IMG/VR virus record: IMGVR_UViG_3300032214_000789
Location: 5,327-69,326 of that record
From: a virus
Reading direction: 5' to 3' (one strand)
DNA: 64,000 bases
The notes beneath the pieces were generated by a model. That model had not been told where the DNA came from. It was given only the letters and a program-made list of their open reading frames with translations, and searched no databases. Within the stretch, counting starts at the first letter, position 1. Every line of letters begins with the position of its first letter. Positions 36,472 to 46,103 of the stretch are shown in pieces. Made by a program: the position numbers and the translations under genes.

Positions 36472-39267
36472 TTATGAAAGTGTAGATCTTAAACTTCTTG
36501 AAGCAGAAGAATTTTGAGAAATCAAAATTGGAACATAATTATTTACCGTATTAGTAATTACTTCGGGTGGACTCTCAACAACGGCAACTAATGTTTCTTT
36601 TACGATAACTAAATCATTACTTGCATTTGCTCCACCATATCCTCTTGCTCCAGCACCTTCGGTCGATGGTGGTGGAGTTTGAACTGGTTGGACTGATTGT
36701 GCTTTTTTTCTTATTTCAAATAAAAGATTATTTAATAAAGTCTCATTTAACTGCAATTCTTTGGCACCTATACCAAATATACCACCAGTTGTTATTTTTA
36801 AAATATTTTTATCTCCGGATTTTTCAACAGTAATATTTTTATCTCCAACTGTCATATTCCTAGTACCATATTTTTCAACCATAGTTTCAACAATATTTTT
36901 TTCAAGTTGTTGAGTTTTTGTTAATGGTGCTGCAACTGGAGCAGCTTTTTGTCCGATTTTACCTTTATATTTTGTGTAAAATCCTTTTGCATAATTTTGT
37001 CTATTAGAAAGACCATGTGATGCTGCTTCATAATCATCATACCAAACTTTTGCTGCTTCTTCTGGGGTTCTTGCTGCTTGTAGTTTAGGGAGAACATGAC
37101 CATAAGATCCACCCAATTCAACCCATGTAAATTTTAATTGAGTATCAATACTTTCTGGATCTAAATCTCCATTATTCTTTGCCCACTTCTTTAAATTTCC
37201 CCATCTATCACCATTTCCTTTATTTCCCCACTGGAATATTCCAATAAACTTACCACCATTTCCTTTCATGGAATGTGCTATTGTTGGATTAAATCCACTT
37301 TCTTGCTGGGCATTTCCCATAATACCTGCAACAGCAAAATCACTTAAAGGTTTTCCATCATATTTTTTACTTTTAAAGAAATTCCAAACTTTTTCTGCAT
37401 TAGTTCCACCAGGAATTTTTTTAGACAATTGTTGTTGCTGTCTCTGCACTAATGCAGAAAGATTAGATGGACCAGCATTCAAGTGACCCATAAAATATTG
37501 TTTTCCGTCAGTATCTTGTATAACACTGACATTACCATATCCAGAATATCTAGGATCAGATCCCTCTGGAATATATTTTACAAATTTAACTCCTCCACGT
37601 AAAGTAATTTGTGAATTAGACGGTGCAGGCCAATCTTCTCCAGCATGAAATTTTAGTTTTCCTGTTATTGGGTGTATCCTATTACCAACAGGAGAACTCA
37701 TTGGCCAGTTATTGGAAGTTAAACTTTTGCCACTTACAAATATATTTTTTCTTAATGATAATGGAATTTTTTTATCAGAACTCATAGCCTCCAAATGTAT
37801 ATGAGGTCCTGTCGACTGTCCTGTACTTCCTACTTTACCAATTACTTCATTTTCATTTACTGAAATTGCTTCATCAGGTAATCCAGAAGTTCCTCCTGGT
37901 CCTGGAGGTACACTTAAATCTGCATCACCATATTTCTTTCTTATATCAAGAAGATTACTGTAACTCTTCATGAACTCACTAAACATAGTGAGATTTTTTT
38001 CTTCTCCAACTAAATTACGTTCTTCATTTTTAACATTATTTTCAAAGAATTTAAAGTAATTTATAGTTTCTCTTGCCTTTCTTCCTTTGGCAGTTCCTGC
38101 TGGTGATGCATAAGGACTCGCATAAGATTGTCCACTATCTTTAGTTGCCATTCTAATATCAGATGGACCACCTCTTCCAGTTCCTTCTTGTGGTGGTATA
38201 TTTCCTAGACCTCTTCTAGATCCAAACATTCCACCAAAGAAGTTTCTAACTGTTCCACCAATAGAAAGTTTTTGTACTTTTTGTACTTGATTTACGGTGT
38301 TATATCTCTGCACATTTTGTTTATAGATATTTTTATTTTCTCCTGGTCCATACTCTCTCCAAGTATCTTTTTGACCAGGTATCATAGTTCCCATTACCCC
38401 ACCCTTTGGTGCTAAAACACCAACTGCCTGTGCAGGATCTTTAAAATTTGGATTATACGTATAACCAGTATTAGGATTATAAGATCCTCCAGATGCTGTT
38501 GGAACTTGGCGTATTTTTTTTGATTTCTGCGTTGCTTGCTGTTGAGCACCTTGCTTTACTTTAGGGTCTTTTAATGCACTTTTATAATTTGCATAAGTTT
38601 TTCCAGTAGTGCTTGAGTAATATTTTCCTTTACTTTTTGCATATGACTGTGCTGCTTTTGCTGGTGGTTTATATCCAAAAGCATTCATTACTGCACTAAT
38701 ACCAGCATCTAATTGGTCAAATAAAGATATTGCTTTTCCAATTTCTTTTCCAGCAGTTTTAATTGTATCAAGAGCAAACTTAAATGAACCACCAATTACA
38801 GGCATCAAAATTTTGGTTAAATCCAAAATACCCATCATTCCTTTGGCAATAATATCAAACGTAAATGTTATAACTTTACCAATCCATGGATTATCATCAA
38901 AAAATTTCTTTATTTGACCTAATACATCTTGAAGTTTTTTAACTATAGTAGGTAAATTATTAACTAGAACACCTAAAAGTATTATACCAAAGAATTCTTT
39001 TAGTTTGTCAATAATACTTAATGGTTTTGCCAATAAACCTTTGCCAATATTCTTTAATGTAGACCCAACAGTGCGTGGAGACTCAATCTTATTTTCTTTC
39101 TCTTCAACTTTCTTTTTCTTCATTTGAAATAAAGAAAACTTTTTCTTTTCTTTTTTAATTTTATCTAATTTCTTTCTATTGAAAACCAAAAGACTCTTAA
39201 TGTTAAAGATACTTAACTTTAATTTTTTTGATGATTTTTCTGTTGGTTTTGTTTCTGTTAGTTTCAT
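36472..39267 (-). CDS. tape-measure-like tail protein carrying M23 peptidase and phage tail lysozyme domains
   Basis: Basic coiled-coil N-terminus; GSTGQSTGPHIHLE and HAGED...GYGN...GHLN (M23); AVAGIMGNAQQESGFNP...GIFQW (tail lysozyme). Confidence 0.8.
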   Translation of the reverse strand: MKLTETKPTEKSSKKLKLSIFNIKSLLVFNRKKLDKIKKEKKKFSLFQMKKKKVEEKENKIESPRTVGSTLKNIGKGLLAKPLSIIDKLKEFFGIILLGVLVNNLPTIVKKLQDVLGQIKKFFDDNPWIGKVITFTFDIIAKGMMGILDLTKILMPVIGGSFKFALDTIKTAGKEIGKAISLFDQLDAGISAVMNAFGYKPPAKAAQSYAKSKGKYYSSTTGKTYANYKSALKDPKVKQGAQQQATQKSKKIRQVPTASGGSYNPNTGYTYNPNFKDPAQAVGVLAPKGGVMGTMIPGQKDTWREYGPGENKNIYKQNVQRYNTVNQVQKVQKLSIGGTVRNFFGGMFGSRRGLGNIPPQEGTGRGGPSDIRMATKDSGQSYASPYASPAGTAKGRKARETINYFKFFENNVKNEERNLVGEEKNLTMFSEFMKSYSNLLDIRKKYGDADLSVPPGPGGTSGLPDEAISVNENEVIGKVGSTGQSTGPHIHLEAMSSDKKIPLSLRKNIFVSGKSLTSNNWPMSSPVGNRIHPITGKLKFHAGEDWPAPSNSQITLRGGVKFVKYIPEGSDPRYSGYGNVSVIQDTDGKQYFMGHLNAGPSNLSALVQRQQQQLSKKIPGGTNAEKVWNFFKSKKYDGKPLSDFAVAGIMGNAQQESGFNPTIAHSMKGNGGKFIGIFQWGNKGNGDRWGNLKKWAKNNGDLDPESIDTQLKFTWVELGGSYGHVLPKLQAARTPEEAAKVWYDDYEAASHGLSNRQNYAKGFYTKYKGKIGQKAAPVAAPLTKTQQLEKNIVETMVEKYGTRNMTVGDKNITVEKSGDKNILKITTGGIFGIGAKELQLNETLLNNLLFEIRKKAQSVQPVQTPPPSTEGAGARGYGGANASNDLVIVKETLVAVVESPPEVITNTVNNYVPILISQNSSASRSLRSTLS

Positions 39268-39273
39268 GATCTA

Positions 39274-41874
39274 CTAAACTACTAGAATACCGTACATGGA
39301 AGGCGTTGTGAACACATAATCATTACTTTGGTCAATAGGCGAAATAGAAGGAACTGTTGTTCCTGAAGGTGATGAGGGTAATGGTTTAGATTTAGGTTTA
39401 TTTAAATTAAGTGTTTTTGGTGGAAGATTTATGACGCTAATATTTCCACCAGAAGATTTAGATCCAGACAATTTAGATGTTTCTCTAGAAATTGGTACAG
39501 GAATAACGTACACATTCTGATTACCTAATATAGTTTTTTCAATTTCCGGATTAACTATGTTTTGTGTCAAATTTAATGGTTTTTGAATATTAATATCTGT
39601 TCTAGACATATTAGGTCTAGATTTATTCATAAGTTGTCTAATTGAATTTTTAAAGTCTTCATATCTACTTTCTGCTTCATTTCTCCCGAGTTGCTCTCCA
39701 ACAAATCCACCTCCAGGAATTCTAGTTTGTTTTCCTTGGTTTCTACCAATCATCCCACCAACATCTTTAACTAATCCACCAACTCCCTTATCAATTTTTT
39801 GAATTGGATTACTTCCACCAAGAGATGGTCTAAAAACTCCACCTCCAGTTGCTCCGCCAGTTCTTTTTTTTCTTTTTATTTCGGTGGATTCTTTATCCAA
39901 TAATGCTCGGAATTCTTCTAAAATTTTATTCAGTTCTTCAATTATACCACTCTTAATTGAATTAACAGCATCTTGTCTTCTTACCGCATTTGTAAAACTC
40001 TGCCACATTCTAGCAGCATTATCATTAATGTCTTTCAGTAACGGTCTGAAAAGCATAGATGCACGAGTATTAATAACTTCTTCACCAGGTGCGAGTAGTG
40101 CCTTTCCATAGTTAGCAAGTTTTCCTGCCCCAGATGCTATCGCAGCAGGAACGCTATCAACACCTAATGCGCCAGGTCCTCCAACAGTTCCACCTCCAGC
40201 AAACAGTGAAATTTTTGGGATTGTTCCACCTTTTGAACGCTCAACACCAGCAGTCGCTACTGACGCAGTTGCTTGAATAATAGCTTGGGTAACTGCAACT
40301 CCTCTTTGTATTAATTTTAAAGAAGTTGTTGTAGCATTAATTATTTGTTTTTGATTAAAAGTTGGATTTTTTTCTCTAATAATCCGTTCTATATTTTCTT
40401 TAGATGCATTAGATTGAGATATTACTGGAGTTCCATCTTTGTTTAAATCTGGAGTTAATTTGTTTGGATTATATCCAATATTATTAATACTTTTTGGTAT
40501 TTCATCTTGCTTTAATTCACCAAGTGCTTTGAGTATATACGCAGTTGGAATAGAAGGAGATCCAGTAATTTCATTAATTATATTTAAATATTTTTGAGAT
40601 TTAGCTTCATTTCGCAATTGGTTTAATTGTTTTTTATACTCTTTAGGATTTGATGTTTTTAACTGCTGCAATTGTGATACTTTATTTTTTACTCTTTCTT
40701 GTTCTGCCTGCCCAAGCGCAAATCCACCAAGAATGGAAAACAATCCACTACGAGTTCCCATAGGAATTCCAGATCTAAATGCTCCTGAAGAAGTGGGTGT
40801 TTTAGTAGGTGTTGTAGTAGGTGTTCTTGTAAAAGGAACTCTTTTATTAGCAGCAGTTGTTGGTGTTTGTGCTGGGGGTGATGGTGGTGCTGGTGGGGAT
40901 GGTGGGGATGGTGGTTTTGGAGATATTGGTATAAATGGTGTTGGTTGCTGTCCTGGTTGTTGTGCTTTAGGTTGAGGTGTCTGTAGTGGTTTTCCTAATA
41001 AAAGTAAAAATGGAGCAAATGCTTTTGTTCCTAATAATGATTGAGCAAGATTTTCTAAAAATCCAGGTCCTTTTTTCGGATCTTTAACTAAACTATCAAC
41101 ACAATCTTTAATAGGTTCACAATCTGGAAGACCTCCTTTTTGTGCAGGAGATTTTGGACAATTGCAAGGTAGTTGTGGTTTTTTCTTGAAGAAATCTATA
41201 AGAGATTTAAGTGCATTTGCAACCTTTAAAACTTTTCTAACTAATCCTAATAACTTAATTGCACCAAAAACTACTAAAAGTTCTTTCCAATAATCTTTTA
41301 AAAACTGGAAGAACTGCTTAAGTTTTTCTTGATTTTCTGGTTTTTGTAACCACTTAAAAGCAGTATTAACTAAAATTCCAGTCAGTATTATTGAAAAGAA
41401 ATCAATTAACTTCTGAAAAATACTTTTTGCTGGAGCAAGAAGTGTACTAAAAGTTTTGCCTAAAAATCCTTTTACACCACCACTCTCTAATTTTTTTTCT
41501 TTATCTTTAACCTTTTCTGCCGCAATTCTTTTTTTAGACTCTTCTAGATCTTTTTTCTCTTCTCTAATTCTAGAAAGAAAATCTAAAGATAATTGTTCTT
41601 TGATTTGAGATAACAGTTTATTAGATTGTTCTAATACTTTCTGTATCCCAAAATTAGACTGTATATATTTTACTAAACCTTCTCTTTTATTCTCATCAGA
41701 TTTATCTGGAATTAAAGAGTCTGGAATTAACTTTGCTAAAGGTTTAATAAAACTAAATTTTGTTTTCTTTAGTTCAACACCAGGTTTAATGGCACCACTA
41801 ATTAACGTAGACTTAATGTTTCTACGATTTAATTTGGGAATAGATGGTGCCTTATAAACCTGATCGATTTCCAC
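39274..41874 (-). CDS. baseplate hub/tail-length determinator-like protein (gp29-like)
   Basis: Coiled-coil N-terminus paralogous to the neighbour; FAGGGTVGG...DSVPA...LAPGEEVI tape-measure motif; Pro-rich linker. Confidence 0.6.
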   Translation of the reverse strand: MEIDQVYKAPSIPKLNRRNIKSTLISGAIKPGVELKKTKFSFIKPLAKLIPDSLIPDKSDENKREGLVKYIQSNFGIQKVLEQSNKLLSQIKEQLSLDFLSRIREEKKDLEESKKRIAAEKVKDKEKKLESGGVKGFLGKTFSTLLAPAKSIFQKLIDFFSIILTGILVNTAFKWLQKPENQEKLKQFFQFLKDYWKELLVVFGAIKLLGLVRKVLKVANALKSLIDFFKKKPQLPCNCPKSPAQKGGLPDCEPIKDCVDSLVKDPKKGPGFLENLAQSLLGTKAFAPFLLLLGKPLQTPQPKAQQPGQQPTPFIPISPKPPSPPSPPAPPSPPAQTPTTAANKRVPFTRTPTTTPTKTPTSSGAFRSGIPMGTRSGLFSILGGFALGQAEQERVKNKVSQLQQLKTSNPKEYKKQLNQLRNEAKSQKYLNIINEITGSPSIPTAYILKALGELKQDEIPKSINNIGYNPNKLTPDLNKDGTPVISQSNASKENIERIIREKNPTFNQKQIINATTTSLKLIQRGVAVTQAIIQATASVATAGVERSKGGTIPKISLFAGGGTVGGPGALGVDSVPAAIASGAGKLANYGKALLAPGEEVINTRASMLFRPLLKDINDNAARMWQSFTNAVRRQDAVNSIKSGIIEELNKILEEFRALLDKESTEIKRKKRTGGATGGGVFRPSLGGSNPIQKIDKGVGGLVKDVGGMIGRNQGKQTRIPGGGFVGEQLGRNEAESRYEDFKNSIRQLMNKSRPNMSRTDINIQKPLNLTQNIVNPEIEKTILGNQNVYVIPVPISRETSKLSGSKSSGGNISVINLPPKTLNLNKPKSKPLPSSPSGTTVPSISPIDQSNDYVFTTPSMYGILVV

Positions 41875-42049
41875 TTTGCTGCTGTGCCTTTAAGTTTTCT
41901 TCTTCAACATGTTGTTGTAAAAGAGAAACATAAACTTCTCTTTCCCAAGGCATCATATTTTCTAGCTCTGTCAAAGAATATTTATGGTGTTGCATCATAG
42001 CAAAATTAATTTTGAAATATGACTCAAGGCTAGTATGAGCCATACTCAA
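41852..42049 (-). CDS. gp51: baseplate hub assembly catalyst gp51
   Basis: YFKINFAMMQHHKYSLTELENMMPWEREVYV. Confidence 0.85.
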   Translation of the reverse strand: MSMAHTSLESYFKINFAMMQHHKYSLTELENMMPWEREVYVSLLQQHVEEENLKAQQQSGNRSGL

Positions 42050-42768
42050 GTGAAAAAACTGGCAAGACCCTCCAGAACTACTTCACTTTCAACTTTTGTT
42101 TTGGGATTTGTAACTTCAATTTTGTGAGATAATTTAGGCATCGTTGTAAAAAAAGTTTCAATTTCTTTCAACTGCTTGGTATTCATCTGATCTACAAATT
42201 CTTTTATCTCTTTTTTGGTACAATCTGCAGCAGACCAAGACTCTTCTTGATTGTAAATCATATCAATACAAGAAACGATCATGTCCAAAGATTTGTCAAC
42301 ATCATTATTATCACTATTATATTCAAAGTTATTTTCAACAAATTGTTCTAATGATGGATACTTCATCTTCATGGAAAGTTCATCATCTAATCTAACAATT
42401 TGAACATGCTCTGGATCTTTTTGAACTTTAATTTCATCAATACCAATTTCCATCTTAACTTGAGTTTCCCCATCATCTGGGCAAATCACATTAACTTCAA
42501 CAGTTTCTCCAACTGATTTTGCTCTAACGTTTAAGAAAATGTATTCAATATCAAAAGTTGCAAGATCTGCAATCTTAACTCCTTTTGTAAGAATGCATTC
42601 TGTTAAGATTTGAACAATTGCATTAGTTATCTGTTTCATATCTTCAGACTCTAATGCCATAATAAGAATTTTTTCTTCCCGAACTAGAAAAGGTCTGTAT
42701 CTTATTTTCTTTCCAGTCGAAGGAATTTCCAACTCATAAGTTGGAGTATTAATTTTAGGTAAAGGCAT
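42046..42768 (-). CDS. gp26: baseplate hub subunit gp26
   Basis: MPLPKINTPTYEL...RPFLVREEKIL...FDIEYIFLNVRAKSVGE...LEGLASFF. Confidence 0.9.
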   Translation of the reverse strand: MPLPKINTPTYELEIPSTGKKIRYRPFLVREEKILIMALESEDMKQITNAIVQILTECILTKGVKIADLATFDIEYIFLNVRAKSVGETVEVNVICPDDGETQVKMEIGIDEIKVQKDPEHVQIVRLDDELSMKMKYPSLEQFVENNFEYNSDNNDVDKSLDMIVSCIDMIYNQEESWSAADCTKKEIKEFVDQMNTKQLKEIETFFTTMPKLSHKIEVTNPKTKVESEVVLEGLASFFT

Positions 42769-42795
42769 AATCCTCTAATACAATTCAGTTATGAT

Positions 42796-42802
42796 TATTT
42801 AG
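42796..42802 (-). promoter_or_regulatory. T4-like late promoter
   Basis: CTAAATA upstream of gp26. Confidence 0.6.
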
Positions 42803-42803
42803 C

Positions 42804-43577
42804 TTAAGCAATGTCAACATCAAATCCTGGAGTATTACCAAAAACTTGATCAACACCATTAAAGTTATATGTTACTCCATTATATTCTTGAGGTGTAACA
42901 TAACCTGGAGTAACAACTGTTTTCCCGTATTCTCTTCTCATAATATATCTATCATAATTCATCGTAACAGTAATTTTCATAATTTCTGCTTCTCCGTAAG
43001 CAACTGGTATTGCTGTGACGGATTTTGGAAAAGCATTTACTAATTGAAAAGAAACATTAGTTGCACCAGATGCTGCAAAATCTCTTTCAAACTTCTTTAT
43101 AAAAATGCTATCAGTTTTATAATATTTCGGATAATTAAATCTTCTATAATAAGCAACAGATGGTTCTCCATTACCTTGTTGTTGAGTTGCTTGACTACCA
43201 CCAGAAATATAGTCCATCCATGCCTCAAAAAATCCTAAAACTTTATATTGCCTATCAATATAAAAAGTAAAATCAATATCAGTATTAATTCTAGTATGAG
43301 CAAATTCTTGAGCAACTCCCATATAATTATCTTTTACTTCAGCAGTTGCATATGAAGAAGTTGGAAGAGATGCTTCAGAACACAATAAACCTAATGTATT
43401 TCCAAAATCAGAGTCAAAAATAATTTGACCATATTGAGTTCCAGTCTTCAAAAAGTCACTAAATTCTTTAGAAGGTGGTTTTATCGACACTTCATATAAA
43501 TTTGATCTTGCCAATCCTCCATTTAAAAGTATTGGCAAAGTACTCATATTAACTGTGCCAATCTCTGGTACTTTCAT
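42804..43577 (-). CDS. tail tube initiator / gp54 (gp19-fold) protein
   Basis: GGLARSNLYEV, LLCSEASLP, FEAWMDYI, NAFPKSV motifs of the tail-tube fold. Confidence 0.7.
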   Translation of the reverse strand: MKVPEIGTVNMSTLPILLNGGLARSNLYEVSIKPPSKEFSDFLKTGTQYGQIIFDSDFGNTLGLLCSEASLPTSSYATAEVKDNYMGVAQEFAHTRINTDIDFTFYIDRQYKVLGFFEAWMDYISGGSQATQQQGNGEPSVAYYRRFNYPKYYKTDSIFIKKFERDFAASGATNVSFQLVNAFPKSVTAIPVAYGEAEIMKITVTMNYDRYIMRREYGKTVVTPGYVTPQEYNGVTYNFNGVDQVFGNTPGFDVDIA

Positions 43578-43579
43578 TT

Positions 43580-43617
43580 CTAAATATCTTTAAGATACTA
43601 TGTTATGAATTATTTAG
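43580..43617. promoter_or_regulatory. pair of opposed late promoters
   Basis: CTAAATA on + at 43580-43586 and CTAAATA on - at 43617-43611 in a 40-nt divergent gap. Confidence 0.6.
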
Positions 43618-44049
43618 ATGTCATATAAGGGAAAATATAAACCATCATACCCAAAAAAATATAAAGGTGATCCCACAAATATCATATACAGGTCTTTGTG
43701 GGAAAGAAAATTTATGGTTTATTGTGATACGCGAGAACATATTTTAGAATGGGGATCTGAAGAAATTTGCCTCCCATATCGCTCACCAATAGACAATCGT
43801 ATTCACCGTTATTTTCCAGATTTTTATATTAAGGTAAATGAAAGTGGAATAATTAAAAAATATTTAATTGAAATAAAACCAAAAAAACAAACTGTTGAAC
43901 CAAAAGTACAAAAAAGAAAAACAAAAGGATACATCTACGAAGTAGTAGAGTATGCTAAAAACCAGGCAAAGTGGAAAGCAGCAAGAGAATTTTGCGAAGA
44001 TCGTCAGTGGCAATTTAAAATCATCACAGAAGATGAATTAGGTATCTAA
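43618..44049 (+). CDS. gp4: head completion nuclease gp4
   Basis: YKGDPTNIIYRSLWERKFMVYCD...YFPDF...IEIKP...NQAKWKAA. Confidence 0.92.
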   Translation: MSYKGKYKPSYPKKYKGDPTNIIYRSLWERKFMVYCDTREHILEWGSEEICLPYRSPIDNRIHRYFPDFYIKVNESGIIKKYLIEIKPKKQTVEPKVQKRKTKGYIYEVVEYAKNQAKWKAAREFCEDRQWQFKIITEDELGI

Positions 44050-44050
44050 A

Positions 44051-44455
44051 ATGCCAAGAAAAACACTCAAACAAAGAAGAAGAACAAATACAGATACTAA
44101 TGATAGTATTAATAGAATTCGTAATGTAACAAATAATCTAATTGGAAATGAAGATCCAGATGATTTAATGCTTGAAATAATTAGTGCATTAACAGAAACT
44201 GAAAAAGTTCCAAAAACTGGAAAGTATTATGTTTTTGTTTATAATCCAAAAACTCCAAATATTCAATATGATCAAAATCCATTAGTTGCAGTTACCGATA
44301 TTTTTTCATGGGGATTTAGAGGAATTAACTTCCATTGGGGAGAAGTTCGTCAATATACTTGGGATGAAATTGCTGGAGGAATTTATGAAGTATATCCTGC
44401 AGAGTTAAAAGATCTTCAAACCATCCCATTTGGAAAATTTCGTCTAAATAGTTAA
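44051..44455 (+). CDS. gp2: DNA end protector gp2-like
   Basis: GKYYVFVYNPKT...YDQNPLV...GFRGINFHW; synteny after gp4. Confidence 0.7.
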   Translation: MPRKTLKQRRRTNTDTNDSINRIRNVTNNLIGNEDPDDLMLEIISALTETEKVPKTGKYYVFVYNPKTPNIQYDQNPLVAVTDIFSWGFRGINFHWGEVRQYTWDEIAGGIYEVYPAELKDLQTIPFGKFRLNS

Positions 44456-44467
44456 AAACTCCACTAA

Positions 44468-45358
44468 ATGGCAGCACCTACAGAACTATTAAGATATCCT
44501 AATGATATGCTTGATGAAAAAACCGATTACTTTCAGGTGCAGGTTTTATCTTATGAAAGAGATAAATCATCTTTAACTGCTGGTGCAAAAACAGATGTGA
44601 TAGCAGATATACAAAATATTTTATTGCCGATGCCTTCTAACATACAGGATGCAAATGCTGTGAGTTGGGGTGAAGATAAAATGAATGCTATTTCAGCTGC
44701 TGCTGTCGGTGCTGCTGAGGGTCTTATGACTGGTGTTAAAGTTAATGATCCATCAACATGGGTTAGTAGTGGAGTTGATGCACTTTCTAAAATAACAGAT
44801 GTACTACCTACAGATACGGCAAGAGATTTAATAACGAAGCAACTAGCAGCAGAAGCAGTTAATGTTTTCGGAGGGAACGTAAGTATTGATCAATTGTTGG
44901 CACGTCAAAATGGAACAATTTTCAATCCAAATTTAGAATTGTTATTTAATGGAGTAACTCTTCGTGATTTTAGATTTTCTTTTAAGATGACTCCAAGAGA
45001 TGATAAAGAAAGAGATAGTGTTATAAAAATTATAAGAACGTTTAAAAAATATATGGCAGCAAAAAAACAAGGAGAAGGTGGTAAACTTTATTTAAACACA
45101 CCAAATGTTTTTAGATTAGCATATATGAAAGGTGGAAAGCGTCATCCATTTTTACATCGTTTTAAAGACTGTGCATTAAAAGGTGTATCTGTTAATTATA
45201 CAGGAGAAAATGTTTATGCAACATATGTTGATGGAACACCAATATCAATCATATTAGATTTAAATTTCCAAGAATTAACACCAATTTATAATGAAGAGTA
45301 TGGAGAAGGTGATGTTCCAAATGTAAATTCAGCATCTAATCTAGGAGTAGGATTCTAA
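44468..45358 (+). CDS. gp48: baseplate tail tube cap gp48
   Basis: LRYP, ILLPMPSNIQD, NPNLELLFNGVTLRDFRFSFKMTPR, LNFQELTP; CTAAATA at 44444-44450. Confidence 0.88.
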   Translation: MAAPTELLRYPNDMLDEKTDYFQVQVLSYERDKSSLTAGAKTDVIADIQNILLPMPSNIQDANAVSWGEDKMNAISAAAVGAAEGLMTGVKVNDPSTWVSSGVDALSKITDVLPTDTARDLITKQLAAEAVNVFGGNVSIDQLLARQNGTIFNPNLELLFNGVTLRDFRFSFKMTPRDDKERDSVIKIIRTFKKYMAAKKQGEGGKLYLNTPNVFRLAYMKGGKRHPFLHRFKDCALKGVSVNYTGENVYATYVDGTPISIILDLNFQELTPIYNEEYGEGDVPNVNSASNLGVGF

Positions 45359-45359
45359 A

Positions 45360-46064
45360 ATGGGATACTTCAGAGAACTACCAAATCTAGAATATCAATC
45401 TCCACTAGTAGATAGAAAATCTTCTTTAGAATACGTTGAAGCAAAAAACCTTTTTAGAAGAGTTAGAGTAAGATCAGATTTTGAAAATGTTTATACCGCA
45501 TTTAATAATTACACTATCATAGAAGATAATAGACCAGATCAAGTTGCGGATCAATTATATGGTTCTCCAGATCTTGATTGGGTTGTTTTAATATGTGCTG
45601 GAATAACTAACGTTAGAAATGATTGGCCATTGTCAAATAGAGATCTTTCCGAATATGCAGAAAACATTTATGGTGCGGAAGTAAACTCTGTAAAATTTTA
45701 TGAAACAAAAGAAATTAAAGACTCAAAGGGAAGATTAATTATTCCAGCAGGACAAGTAGTTGATAGAAATTATAAGTTACCAAAACCAGTTACAGATGAT
45801 CTCCCAACACAATCTTATGTACGATATTATGATGAAGATACAAATTCATATAAAACGGTTCAAAACATTACAGTTCCCGTGTCAAATCTTGAATATGAAA
45901 CAAGAAAAAATGATCTCAAAAGAGAAATCAGAGTATTAAAAAAACAATATCTAGAAATGTTCTTAAATGATATGAGAGTAGAAATGAAATATAAACCTTT
46001 GTCTTCTCAATATATTAATGAATATTTAAAGAAAGGAGAAAATTTAAGAATTACTTCTCCATAA
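45360..46064 (+). CDS. gp53: baseplate wedge subunit gp53
   Basis: YFRELPNLEY...NLFRR...RPDQVADQLYGSPDLDWVVL...WPLS. Confidence 0.9.
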   Translation: MGYFRELPNLEYQSPLVDRKSSLEYVEAKNLFRRVRVRSDFENVYTAFNNYTIIEDNRPDQVADQLYGSPDLDWVVLICAGITNVRNDWPLSNRDLSEYAENIYGAEVNSVKFYETKEIKDSKGRLIIPAGQVVDRNYKLPKPVTDDLPTQSYVRYYDEDTNSYKTVQNITVPVSNLEYETRKNDLKREIRVLKKQYLEMFLNDMRVEMKYKPLSSQYINEYLKKGENLRITSP

Positions 46065-46092
46065 AAAAAGGAGAAGTTTCCTTCCCCTTTTT
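46063..46092. terminator. bidirectional intrinsic terminator between convergent gp53 and gp32
   Basis: A-run, ggagaag-tttc-cttcccc, T-run. Confidence 0.7.
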
Positions 46093-46103
46093 ATATTACC
46101 TAA

